A stretch of 64,000 nt of DNA from Octopus sinensis. Lineage: Eukaryota. Of the stretch, positions 13,488 to 25,752 are shown piece by piece. The translations under genes and the position numbers were made by a program. The stretch's first letter is position 1. Each line of letters begins with the position of its first letter. Location: assembly GCF_006345805.1 (NCBI RefSeq), contig NC_043009.1, forward strand, positions 40,238,001-40,302,000, given 5' to 3'. The notes beneath the pieces were generated by a model. It was not told the origin of the DNA. It searched no databases and was given only the letters and a program-made list of their open reading frames with translations.

Positions 13488-14157
13488 CGAAACTGCAGTA
13501 TAAGATGAGCCGAGTTTGTAAACGTTTTTGATATATATATATATATATATATATATTATACATACACACACATAATTATTTGGACTTCGGGTATATATCT
13601 ATTAGTATGTCGATTAAAGCACATTCGCCGTTTGAGCTACCTGATGCCATTCACAGTTACGGTATAATTTTCACTGGATCTACGTCAGGAATTCCGAAGT
13701 GTTCGTTTGGTTTATAATTGATGAGGGAAACCAGATCCACTTCCGTTTTCCTCATCAATTATATATATATTGAGAGAGAGAGAGAGAGAGAGAGAGACAT
13801 AGATATACGTGCGCAAACATATATATTCGTGTGTGTTCATATTCATGAGCGTATGTGTAGCACTTGTGAGTACAGAGAATCAAAGAGAAGAGCAGAGTAG
13901 AGAGACAGCCGACTGATTTGCTACGACTTTTGATATCTCGAGAGATTTTTTTTTTCTCATGCATTGCAGTAAATGTGCGTTGCTTTTGTTATTATTGTTC
14001 CTGGTGGTCTCAGGTGGTGCTGGGTCTACAAAATTCAACGGCGTATATCGATTTAGTTGACATTGGGGTGGGAAATGAGGAAACCTGTACAAATGTTGAT
14101 TTATGTGTTGGGGGTGAGATAATGATGCTTGTAGTGAACAGTTGCAAGGAGAGGGCA

Positions 14158-14160
14158 GTC

Positions 14161-14221
<61 letters not shown>

Positions 14222-14383
14222 CTGGTAGTAGTAACAGTAGTAATAGTAGTAGTGGTAGTAGTAACAGTAGTAATAGTAGTGGTGGTAGTAGTAGTAGTAA
14301 TAGTAGTAGAAGTAGTAGTAGTGGTAGTAGTAGTAGAAGTAGTAGTAGTGGTAGTGGTAGTAGTAGTAGTAGTGGTAGTAGTG

Positions 14384-14426
<43 letters not shown>

Positions 14427-14751
14427 TAGTGGTGGTGGTGGTGGTGGTAGTAGTAGTAGTAGTGGCAGTATTGGTGGTAGTAGTAGCAGCAGCAATAGCA
14501 GCAGTGAAGGTGGTGGAGGTGATGGAGTGTCGTTAATTGCGGTGGTGGTGGTGGTGGTTGTAATTGCAGTAGTGGAAGTTGTAGCATAAGTATTTGCGTA
14601 GGTTACAACCCGTGTAGTTGTAATATTAGTAATAGTAGTAGTGCAGTAGCAGTGGTGTTCTTGGTTGAGATGGGGTTGGTGGTGGTCCAGGTTGTAGTTG
14701 CTGGTGTATTATTTGCAACATAAATACTTGCCTCGGTTACGATACGAGTAT

Positions 14752-14810
<59 letters not shown>

Positions 14811-14821
14811 GCAGCAGCAGC

Positions 14822-14856
<35 letters not shown>

Positions 14857-15200
14857 CAGCAGCAGAGGCAACAATAGTAATGGTAGTTGCATCAATGACG
14901 TTGGTTGTAGGGATGCTGGCGTGACATTTGGTGGTGGTGGCCACTGTCGGAGTAGTTATTATGGTGGTGGTGGTGGTGTTGGTGGTGTTGGTTGTGGTGG
15001 TGGTGGTGTTGGTGTTGGTGGTGTTGGTGGTGGTGGTGTTGGTGGTGGTGGTGGTGGTGGTGGTGGTGACGATGGTGATAATGTCTGGTAATTGTGGAGG
15101 TGATAATTGACAGTGGTGACACTGGTCATGATATTGATGTTATGATTATCAATGGTGCTGAAGAGTTTCGGGGTTGCATTTATTATTATTATTATTATTA
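14158..15200. repeat. Large compound trinucleotide mosaic (AGT/GGT/GCA/ATT)
   Basis: Directly visible. Confidence 0.9.
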
Positions 15201-15284
15201 TTGCTGTTGATAAGATCGCTGGTCTGTGTTTGGGGCTAGTCAAACTATTGATATTCGGGTTTGTGTTAATATTTCTTAGAATTT

Positions 15285-15480
15285 TGCTGGTTTCAGTCAT
15301 TGGTACCGCCTTAAAAAATTGAAGTTGAACAAATCAACTTCTGTACTTCATATTTCTCTTTAAGTCTGATACTAATTCCATCGGTATCTTTCGCTGAAAC
15401 CGCTAGGTTACGAGGACATAAAACAATCATCGGATATTTGTGGGAGAAAACACAAACAGAAAGACGCACCCACACAAGCA
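15285..15480 (-). mobile_element. SINE family B 3' half, diverged
   Basis: tttcagtcatt...gccgaaacc-like...gttacgaggacataaa pattern of the B tail. Confidence 0.6.
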
Positions 15481-15482
15481 GG

Positions 15483-15525
<43 letters not shown>

Positions 15526-15580
15526 ATAAAACGGTAAGATAACAAAAGAAAGAAAGAGACCTCAATATTATGTAAATAGA

Positions 15581-15952
15581 GTGGTTATAGACACCGTTTC
15601 GACGAAGAAATACGTGGGCCTTACAGAGGGTAATTTCAAGGCCAGGTTCAATAACCACACTTTGAGCTTTAGGCACTGGAACAAAAGAATTGCGACACAA
15701 TTGTCTAATCATATTTGGTCTTTAAGAGATAAAGGTGTCGATTATAACATACAATGGAAGATTTTGGCCAGATGTAAGCCTTATACTAACGGCAGCGGAA
15801 GGTGCGGTCTATGCGACATGGAGAGATGGCTTATCTGGAAAAGCAGCTTAGACCCTACTACATGTCTAAATACAAGGACAGAGCTTTTCGGATCATGCCC
15901 ACATGTGACTAAGTTTCTGTTACGTTTTTGGTCCCCTAAAGAAAACAGATAG
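15581..15952 (+). pseudogene. C-terminal GIY-YIG endonuclease of a 5'-truncated Penelope-like retroelement
   Basis: YVGLTEGNFKARFNNH (YIG-type motif, catalytic R and H), CGLC..E..LI, LNTRTE...CPH, then stop. Reads open for 123 aa but lacks the first GIY strand and the RT. Confidence 0.85.
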
Positions 15953-16144
15953 AACATGCTTTCTATGTTATGTCCCAAGAAGAATTTATATATTTTTATA
16001 TATTTTTTATATATTTTTATGTATTTTTATATAGTTTTTATGACGAAAAATGCGAGCGATGTATAAGTACGCAGGCAAGCAGAGTTATAACAGAGTAATT
16101 TCCCTTTATTTAACGGTATTTTTTCATAACGTTTTCAAATAGCC

Positions 16145-16206
16145 AGATAACCGAAGAGATGGTGTTGTGGATTTCCACTTCGCATCTGAAACTCAGAGTT
16201 TTATCT
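16145..16206 (+). ncRNA. Type I hammerhead-like motif in the Penelope-like 3' end
   Basis: AGATAA-CCGAAGA-GATG[21 nt]CATC-T-GAAAC-TCAGA-GTT-TTATCT: 6-bp stem I, 4-bp stem II, palindromic ACTC(A)GAGT stem III. Confidence 0.7.
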
Positions 16207-16275
16207 TGACTACCGAGTAATGTAACATATTGTATAGATATATATATATTTATACATATATATTTATATATATAT

Positions 16276-16506
16276 ATTTCTTTACTACCCACAAGGGGCT
16301 AAACACAGAGGGGACAAACAAGGACAGACAAACGGATTAAGTCGATTACATCGATCCCAGTGTGTAACTGGTACTTAATTTATCGACCCCGAAAGGATGA
16401 AAGGCAAAGTCGACCTCGACGGAATTTGAACTCAGAACGTAACGGCAGACGAAATACGGCTACGCATTTCGCCCGGCGTGCTAACGTTTCTGCCAGCTCG
16501 CCGCCT
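16276..16506 (-). mobile_element. SINE family A, full length
   Basis: ggcggcgagctggcagaa head, gagttcaaattcc B-box. The central ggtcgactttgcctttcatcctttcggggtcgataaattaagtacc resembles the Meta/Sauria-type SINE domain (from memory; needs alignment). Confidence 0.9.
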
Positions 16507-16534
16507 TTATTTATATATATGTGTGTGTGTGTGT

Positions 16535-16583
<49 letters not shown>

Positions 16584-17019
16584 TGTCTGTGTGTGTGTGT
16601 ATGCACGTGCATGTAAGCATATGGATATGAAAATAAACAGATCAATATACAGACGGATAGGTACATATGTTATATGAACAGACAAACACACATACGCAAA
16701 TGGAGACTGAAACACATGACCATATATACACACACACTTTACTCCACACAAGGACACATATGGAGATACGTATACACACATATAGAGATGCACATACATA
16801 CATACATAGTTGCAAAACACACACACACACACACAAGAAGACAGAGGTGCATACATATACAAACACACGCTCACACACACACATACATATATACATATGC
16901 ATACACACATATGCATACATACATATATAACATACGTACATGCCTGCATAGGCACACACACACACACACACACACACTGACCCACACACATGCGCACAAA
17001 CAAACAAAAAGGAGCGTAG

Positions 17020-17480
17020 TTTAAATAATGGACAGAGTCAAGACTATTGAAAATGTTGCAAGACGCAACGAAAATTTTATTAAAATAAAAATATGAAATA
17101 AGTAGAAATGTTACCAGTGTGTGTGTTAAATTATAAGGCACAAAAAGAAAATGTCTCTCTCCAGACACAACAGTATATATATAGTCATTATGAAGATATA
17201 TAAACCTCTTACAGGTATAGCTTATCCAAGATACACTGGTTTAAAATAGATATATTTTGAAAATATATTTTGATGCAGCACGGAATTTTATCAGTGATCA
17301 GGTCGCGGTCTCAATGCGACGAAAATATTTTGACAAAATAAATTTAAATGTTGAAGTGAATCTAACGGTTTTTGTGTGTTTTTAAATGGCTTATAAACAC
17401 CTTCCACACTGCAATTGTTTTCGTTCCAGCACAAGATCTCAGATCAAGTCACTTGCTATGCAAGTACATCTCCGTAATAT
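17020..17480 (+). mobile_element. Short repeat family E with hammerhead-like relic (putative Penelope-derived)
   Basis: Homologous pieces at 33526-33680 and 41903-42155. Relic at 17285-17338: TTTTATCA-GTGATCA-G-GTCGC-ggtctcaat-GCGAC-GAAAATATTT-TGACAAAA. Confidence 0.6.
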
Positions 17481-17770
17481 TTTGAAGATATAATTCTTCA
17501 ATAAATATATTATACAAATATCAAATATCATTAAGTAACAAAATGAAGAGATATAATGGATATAAATTAATTTCAATTAATTAACATGTCCTATACCTGT
17601 TTCAATTTACACTCAACACAAATTACAAAGTAATTATAAAGTAATTTTGCGTTTTGTAACATTTTAAGTGAAATATCTTCAGGGTAAAGCGACATTACGG
17701 AATTTACATGGGAGTCAATCGAGGTACTCCAACAGATTAAGAAGAAGAAAGCGTTTTCAGTTATTTATGA

Positions 17771-17828
<58 letters not shown>

Positions 17829-17877
17829 TATATATGATTATAACGCCGTTAATCAAATGACTGAAGCAAAGTAAAGA

Positions 17878-17911
<34 letters not shown>

Positions 17912-17913
17912 TA

Positions 17914-17947
<34 letters not shown>

Positions 17948-17950
<3 letters not shown>

Positions 17951-18081
17951 GTCGCGCACATATGGTTGTGATGCATGTGCCTGGTGTACCCTTATCAGAC
18001 AGGTAGTCATGATGGGTATATTGGGCTTCGTATATTTTTACCCCAGTGTCACTTTTGATGGCATGAACTGCTCTCTCACTC
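17948..18081 (+). mobile_element. Probable 3' UTR fragment of a non-LTR element embedded in (TAA)n
   Basis: Complex sequence flanked on both sides by (AAT)n; assignment to the adjacent R4-like element is inference. Confidence 0.4.
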
Positions 18082-18140
<59 letters not shown>

Positions 18141-18142
<2 letters not shown>

Positions 18143-18226
18143 TGTCTTAACTGGTACATCACACGTATTGAGAAGAGCATTGTCGATGTGAGAACTGTTG
18201 CTGCTCATGCATTTTAATTTAACTTT
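18141..18226 (+). mobile_element. R4/Dong-like LINE extreme C-terminus
   Basis: IVLTGTSHVLRRALSM* (18141-18191) resembles the GTA.ILRK.L ending of restriction-like-endonuclease LINEs; begins directly after (AAT)n. Confidence 0.6.
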
Positions 18227-18364
18227 AAAAAAAAAAAAAAAAATGAACGAACTACTGAGTTTGGCTTAATGGCCTACCAATATACACTATGAGTTTCTTT
18301 GCCCTAGGAGTCGGGAAGACACTCGGCAAGAAATGGAAGAAAATTTGAAAGAAGAAAAAAAAAA

Positions 18365-18398
<34 letters not shown>

Positions 18399-18445
18399 TA
18401 TATATACATGCTTGCATACGTACACACGCATATATATTTATGTAT

Positions 18446-18612
18446 ACAACGGGTTTCTGCACAATCTCCGTCTACCAAATTCACTCACCAAAGGCATTGG
18501 TCGAAACGTGGTTATAGTAGAGGACACTTGCCTATGTTGCAGCGCAGTGAGACTGAACCCGAAACTACATGGTTTCAAATCAAACGTCTTAGCTTCATAG
18601 CCAAGTCTGCGT
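18446..18612 (-). mobile_element. SINE family B 5' half
   Basis: Matches the B head. Confidence 0.7.
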
Positions 18613-19070
18613 CTATACGCGCACGCGTTTATATTTTGAAGGTTGCGTGAGTGTATATTTATCAGGGCTGTGTGGGAGAGATTATGATTTTAGGATTCTG
18701 TTGTATTAATGTTCTGCGTTGTTGCATATGTCCCTGCAGGGAGGTGGGTACTGGTGGTATACGAGATATTCTGTGTAGTGGCAGAGAATTTAAGGATTAT
18801 AAATTATTATTGCGGTAGCAAACTCCCCTGCTCCCTTTCATATCCAGGTGGCTTTTCATTTATCGTTCTTGATCTGTTGCGTAGGTGGTCTTTTGGTGAG
18901 GTCTCTGCTTAATAGGTGACGATACACAGTGCACTCTATGGCGTATTTCGTACACTATTACGATTTCCTGTCGAAAGACTAAGCATCCAAGCAGACGTTG
19001 TATAACCTATGATCAATCTAATATGTTGGTTGTATATGTCCGTCTTCCTTTGATTAAATGTGGGACGTGA

Positions 19071-19110
<40 letters not shown>

Positions 19111-19222
19111 AGTCTGGTAGGAAAGCAGTGGTCATGACCCATTTATGAGACATTTTAGCACAGCCGTTGGTGCCGTCTGTTTGGCGTCATTGATTTGACA
19201 TTTTAATATTTCTCTCACTCTA

Positions 19223-19437
19223 GGGTGGCGAGCTGGCAGAATCGTTAGTACGCCGAACAAAATACTTAGCGGCATTTCATCCGTCCTTACGTTTGGAGTT
19301 CAAATTGTGCCGTGACCCATTTTGCTTTTCATCTTTTTGGAGTCGATAAAATAAGTCCCAACTGAGCAATGGGGTCGATGTAATTGACTTAACCACCCCT
19401 CCAAATTTGCTGGCCTTGTGCCAAAATTTGAAGCCAA
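19223..19437 (+). mobile_element. SINE family A (A2 tail)
   Basis: gggtggcgagctggcagaatcgttag head; ctggccttgtgccaaaatttgaa tail. Confidence 0.85.
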
Positions 19438-19528
19438 TATTTTACTCGCTCTCTTCCTTCGCCTTTCACCTTCTATTCCCCCCTCTGTCCCTATGCTTAC
19501 GTGTGAACATCGAGTTATGTTTTATCAT

Positions 19529-19676
19529 AGGCGTAGGAGTGGCTGTGTGGTAAGTAGCTTGCTTACCAACCACATGGTTCCGGGTTCAGTACCATTGCGT
19601 GGCACCTTGGGCAAGTGTCTTCTACTAAGCCTTGTGAGTGGATTTGGTAGACGGAAACTGAGAGAAGCCCGTTGTG

Positions 19677-19733
<57 letters not shown>

Positions 19734-19950
19734 GTTTGTGTGTATATGTTTGTCCCCTCAACATCGCTTGACAACCGATGGTGTTGTATTTACGTCCAAG
19801 TAACTTAGCGGTTCGGCAAAAGACAACGATAGATTAAGTACTACTAGGCTTACAAAGAATAAGTCCTGGGGTCGATTTGCTCGACTAAAGGCGGTGCTCC
19901 AGCATGGCCACAGTCAAATAACTGAAACAAGTAAAAGAGTAAAAAAAGAG
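19529..19950 (+). mobile_element. SINE family B, full length
   Basis: tRNA-like head (gtggctgtgtggtaag...gggttcagt), internal (TA)n(TG)n, (aaaagagt) tail. Confidence 0.9.
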
Positions 19951-20257
19951 TATGTGTAATCTCTCTCTCTCTCTCTCACTCTCTCCATGTGGATACGCAC
20001 GTGGAATGAGAGAAAACACTAGAAGGAAATACGGAAATATGGGAATAATTAGAGAGGAGGGTCAACTAAAATGGAATCAGTACTATGAAGACATCAGTCG
20101 AAGATAAACAGTGAAAAGAGAGGTAGATTATAGGATTAAGAAAGAGACAGAAACAATGTAGTGGTGATGGTGTGGTGGTGGTGGTGGTGGTGGTGGGGAG
20201 CTGTCTCTCATAGTGTAGACAATAATATATATATGTATATAATATTAGAACGTTTCT

Positions 20258-20460
20258 TTTAATTGTGTTAGTCATTTGAGTGCGGTCATGCTGGAACACC
20301 GCCTGGAAGGGTTTTAGTCCACCCCGCCCGGGACTTATTGTTTTAATCCTAGTACATATTCTATCGTCTCTTTTGCCGAACCGCTTAGCTCACAGGGACG
20401 TAAACACAACAACACCGGTTGTCAAGCTGTGAAGGGGACAGACACAGACACAAAGAGACA
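20258..20460 (-). mobile_element. SINE family B 3' half
   Basis: Matches the B tail. Confidence 0.75.
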
Positions 20461-20508
<48 letters not shown>

Positions 20509-22214
20509 TAGTTGAATGAATTATCCTAGTATGGATAATTCGGTTAACCGATACCCGGGTAGCAAATTTACGTCAGAGATCACGGTTGAAGCTACATGCC
20601 AAGGGCAGAAATCACGTGCTTTCGTGTGGAAATTTGTGTGTTTTAGAACTTTCCCCTTCCAACCATTTTTGAACTCTTGAACTTTTTAGAATCTTCTCCA
20701 TCCAACCAATTTTGACGTCACTGCTTATAACGGAATATTTTTAAGAAACACACATTATCACTATGGACTCCGTGTGGGCAGTCATCTAAAAGTCTTTGTT
20801 CGTCATGATGCTGACATAAGTTCCTTGTCTTTCCTGAGAAGGTGGCATAATGCACCCTTTATTCCTTCGGAATTGAGAATATGCAGTCTTCGAAACATAT
20901 GTCGAGAATAAAGGAATTTTGTTAAATCGTCGTTCGACTCCATTCTTTCATTTATTTATAATAGTCACTAAATGTGACTGGGGTGTTAAGGAAACACCTA
21001 AAGTGCTAGAAATAAGAGCTAAACCGCTCTAATGTTGTATTTAACGCACATGAATGAAAGCACACACATACACACATAAATATAAGCATGCTGATACACA
21101 GTCAACAGAATACACTTCAGAATATTGATGGCGGTGGTGATATTGCATAAATGGAGCTGGTGATGCTAATGATGACTCGTTATTATTAAGGGATCCATCT
21201 AACGCAATTTCCTGACTACACGTTACTTATTAGTAACGGGTTTTCAGAAAAATATGTTGGCTACAGTTTTCACTTGAAAATAGAGTATTTACCCGAAAAT
21301 ATGTTGGCTAGATTATTTAACTGAAAGCCCATCACTGTAATTTTGTCAGCCAGGGTATTTACCTGGGACCCTCTTACTGTCAAGCATGTCAAACACAGAA
21401 TTTGCTAGAGAGTCGGTCAGTATTTAATAAACTCCCAAAATACAAAATTATACAAAACAGTGTTCTATATATTGTTATATGCGAGTGCATGTGTTTATGG
21501 GTGTATCTATGCTTCTTTGTGAGAGTATACGTATCTAAGAGTGTAAGCCTGTGTATATGTATCTGTCAGTGTATATATCTGTGTGTTGCGACTGTGTGTG
21601 AGAGAAAGGAAGAGAGAGAAAGAGAGAAAGACACACACACACACACATACACACACACATACACATACACACACACACACCACACACACAACACCACACA
21701 ACACACACAGAGTTTTCCACCTACAACGAATTTTAATACTTTGCCGTACATGAGGGCGGTGGAAGCTGGCAGAATCGACAGCTCGTCGGTCAGACACGGT
21801 CCTCTTCGGTAAAGTCTTTATCGACTATTTTCGGAGAGAAAAGTGAGAGCGGAGAAGTAAGTGCTGTTACTCCAAGCGAATTTGCAAAAATTCAGGTGAC
21901 CGTGGCAAAAACGTTCGAAGGAGAGTTGGCCCTACACTAAGCATGCGCCAGTAAGTTGGAGGAAAACACCTGAGTGAAAGCGCATGAAACTGTAGCCAGT
22001 GTGATCCTTTATCTGTGGAGTTACTTGATTGGTCCTTGTTTGGGTGCACCTCTGCACCAGGGGAACTGCATGTTTCATGAATTCATTCATATACATAGCA
22101 TACTAATCTATGCCTTTATCTTATTTCACCGCTCCCTTCTTGATCCTCATCTTTTTCTGTAAACCCCAACATAATTTCTGAACTGTCCTTGTAATGTCCC
22201 CTTTACCCCATGCC

Positions 22215-22352
22215 CTTGTGACTAGCAAAATCATCATCATCGTCATCATCATCATTATCGTCATCATCATCATTATCATCATCATCCTCATCATCATCGT
22301 CGTCGTCATCGTCGTCGTCATCATCATCATCATCATCATCACCACCACCACC

Positions 22353-22386
<34 letters not shown>

Positions 22387-22396
22387 TCATCATAAT

Positions 22397-22428
<32 letters not shown>

Positions 22429-22549
22429 TTAATATCATCATTATTAGTAATACTTTTTTATCGTTCGATTCTATATAACAAACCCAGCACTTGATATCTG
22501 TGTTTGTACTGCCCTCTTCATACGTAAGGAGGCAACAAAATTCATCTCT

Positions 22550-22580
<31 letters not shown>

Positions 22581-22976
22581 CATCATCATCACCGCCATCA
22601 TTCTCATCACCAATATCCTCTACCTTTGTTTCCCTTATCCTTTGATGTTCTTCCCCCAACAAACACAGATTCTGAAACGTCCTTGTGATGTTCTCCTCAT
22701 ATGATACCCCTGTGGTAAATAAAATAAATCATTATCCTTACAGCCGTTGTTGAAAAATTCCTGTCGCTGCTGTGGGTGCTCTTGTTCTTGGGAGCAGTGG
22801 TGGCGGCGGCGGCGGATTTGATGATGTTAAACGACAGCAACGATGATAATGACGATGATGATGATGATGATGATGATGATGGTGATGATGATTGTGATAA
22901 AGATGCCGACGATGACGATGACGATGATCATGATCATGATAGTGATGATGATGCTGATGGTTGGTGACGGTGATGG

Positions 22977-23014
<38 letters not shown>

Positions 23015-23021
23015 GTGGTGG

Positions 23022-23076
<55 letters not shown>

Positions 23077-23101
23077 GATGATGATGATGATGGTGATGAT
23101 G

Positions 23102-23133
<32 letters not shown>

Positions 23134-23464
23134 GATGATGGTGGTGGTGATGATGATGTTGATGATGAGGATGATGATGATGATGATAGTGATGATGATG
23201 ATGATGATGATCACATTGATGATGATAATGACAATGGTAATTCGCGTTGATAATGATGATGATGATAAGGATGATGATGATAACGACGACGTCGGCGGCG
23301 GCGATGACGATTTTGTCATGATGATGATGATGATGACTATGATGATAATCATCATCAGCATCATCATCATCATCATCATCATGACAATAACGGTGATAAA
23401 TATAATGAGCATGCTGATCACAATGATAATGATGATGAAAATGGTGTTGTCGATGCTGCTGCTG

Positions 23465-23506
<42 letters not shown>

Positions 23507-23896
23507 ATGATGATCACCACGACCACGGTGACTCTGGTATTGTTGATGTTATTGTCGTTAAAATTAAGTTTGCAGCGGTTGTACTGAATGAGAAGAATTA
23601 TAAAGAAAAGAAAAAAAGAAAAAAGAAAAAAGAAAAAAGAGAAAAGATAGAGAAAAGGGGGTGAGTGTGCAGTGAAGGAAAGAAAGTGACGCTAGAGGGC
23701 ACTACTAGTGAGGTAGCAGCTGCAATGCTTTAAACATAGAGAGACAGTGACAGGCAGGCAGACAGGCGGGCGATGATGCGACAATGCAACGACGGTAGTT
23801 CGGCGCCTCTTTCTGCAGTAGGAATGCGGCGGCGACCGACAAACAGAGGTGGAGTGAAAAAGCTGGTGTCATATCTCATTGGTGTAGAGAGAGAGG

Positions 23897-23945
<49 letters not shown>

Positions 23946-24095
23946 TTGTGTGTGTGATTGTGTGTGTGTGTGCGTCTGTGTGTGTGTGTGTGTGCACGTA
24001 TTTGGAGTTTGGGGTGTCGATGGAGAACCACTTGACAACAATTAGTTCACTAGTCCGTATGACTTATTATTACTATATTATTATTATTATTATTA

Positions 24096-24176
<81 letters not shown>

Positions 24177-24477
24177 CATTATTGTTATTATTATCATTAT
24201 TATTATTATTAATATTATTATTATTATTAGTAGTAGTAGCAGTAGTAGTAGTAGTAGTAGTAGCAGTAGTAGTAGTAGTGGTTGTAGCAGTGGTAGTAGT
24301 GATGGTGATGGTGGTGGTGGTGGCGGTTGTTCTTGGGGGTTGTGAATGGTATTGTTAATTGTGGCAGTAGTGGTAGTTGTGATGGTGGTGGAGATGGTTG
24401 CAGTGGTGGTGGTAGTAGTAGTGGTGGTGGTGGTGGTGGTGGAAGTTGCAGTAGTCGCAGAAGCAACAGTAGCAGTT

Positions 24478-24518
<41 letters not shown>

Positions 24519-24519
24519 G

Positions 24520-24570
<51 letters not shown>
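22215..24570. repeat. Compound trinucleotide mosaic (CAT/GAT/GCT/TAT/AGT/GGT)
   Basis: Directly visible. Confidence 0.9.
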
Positions 24571-24571
<1 letters not shown>

Positions 24572-24839
24572 AAATAATTGTTTCCAACATTTTTTCTTAA
24601 TAATGAACACACACGTTCATTAGACATATTGGCAACGTTAGTTCAAAAAATATAAATTAAAAAACAAAACAATTCGAGCGTACGTTCACACACACACACA
24701 CACACGCACATACAGGGATACACGGAGTGATATACGCATATGACGCGCGCGAACACACCTGCAAACATAATCACAGGTACAGTGACGTATACATACATGC
24801 ATATATACATACATACTCGTGTATGTATGTGTGTAGGTG

Positions 24840-24871
<32 letters not shown>

Positions 24872-24887
24872 ATATATATATATATAT

Positions 24888-24919
<32 letters not shown>

Positions 24920-25236
24920 CATATATATATATGGGGGGACTGTGTATGCATCATTCACACAGGTATTCACAAAACTCGAACTCGGAGTGAGGACATTTCT
25001 GTGTTATGCATTTTCCTTTCGCTCTAATTACGAAATGGAGATCACAAAAGTTTTTTCCTTGTACATATATAATATAGCATGTAAACCACATAAGAGATTT
25101 ACACACACACACACACACATATATATATATTAAAAGAAAACGAAAACAAACCTAGGGCAGGATGAACGTCTCAGGTCATTTAAAATATTCAATTAGAGTA
25201 AGATGAATCAAAAATGGAGAAGTAGAAGTAAATAAC

Positions 25237-25312
25237 GTCTTACAGCTGTTTCAGGGATATCCCAGAAGATGGGTCGACATCTCCATACACTGTGTATTCC
25301 GTCATCTGAGAC
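25237..25312 (-). ncRNA. Type I hammerhead-like motif with long stem II
   Basis: GTCT-CAGATGA-CGGAATA...ATATCCCT-GAAAC-AGCT-GTA-AGAC: perfect 4-bp stem I, palindromic ACAGCTGT stem III, A at core position 4. Confidence 0.6.
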
Positions 25313-25530
25313 AAGGTGTGCATGCAGAACGTTCTAGACAGACCATTCACAGTATATAAAATAATAAAATAGTAGGCGGAAGAATAAAGGCAGGTGAATA
25401 AGTTCACAGTTCATCTTGTTCCTTTATATCACTTACGCAGCGTGCCTTTTGGTTTAGACCATCAGTGAAGTAAGCCCCCTCACATTTTTCTTTTCTTTTT
25501 CAGGATTAAATAAAAAGAAGACAAGAAACG

Positions 25531-25566
<36 letters not shown>

Positions 25567-25568
<2 letters not shown>

Positions 25569-25752
25569 GGAGAATTTTTTAAAAATGCCAAAACATGAAG
25601 ACAAGTGGTGTAGAAAACAAACAGATGTATTAGTATAACGCTCGGGAATTGAAAAAGTCTTTAACGTTTCGAGCCTACGCTCTTCCACAGGAAGGAACAC
25701 AGAATGAAACATGGAAAAAATGTGTGTAGTGGTCAGCGATCTATCATGGCGA
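25567..25752 (-). mobile_element. Short repeat family F with hammerhead-like motif at 25658-25695
   Basis: Homologous to 38250-38720, 41250-41470 and 53590-53695. Confidence 0.65.

Noticed and set aside
22744-22967. Plus-strand signal-peptide-like plus poly-Asp peptide after ttatccttacag
   Set aside because: A hydrophobic run followed by GAT repeats can arise by chance, and there is no upstream exon or start support.
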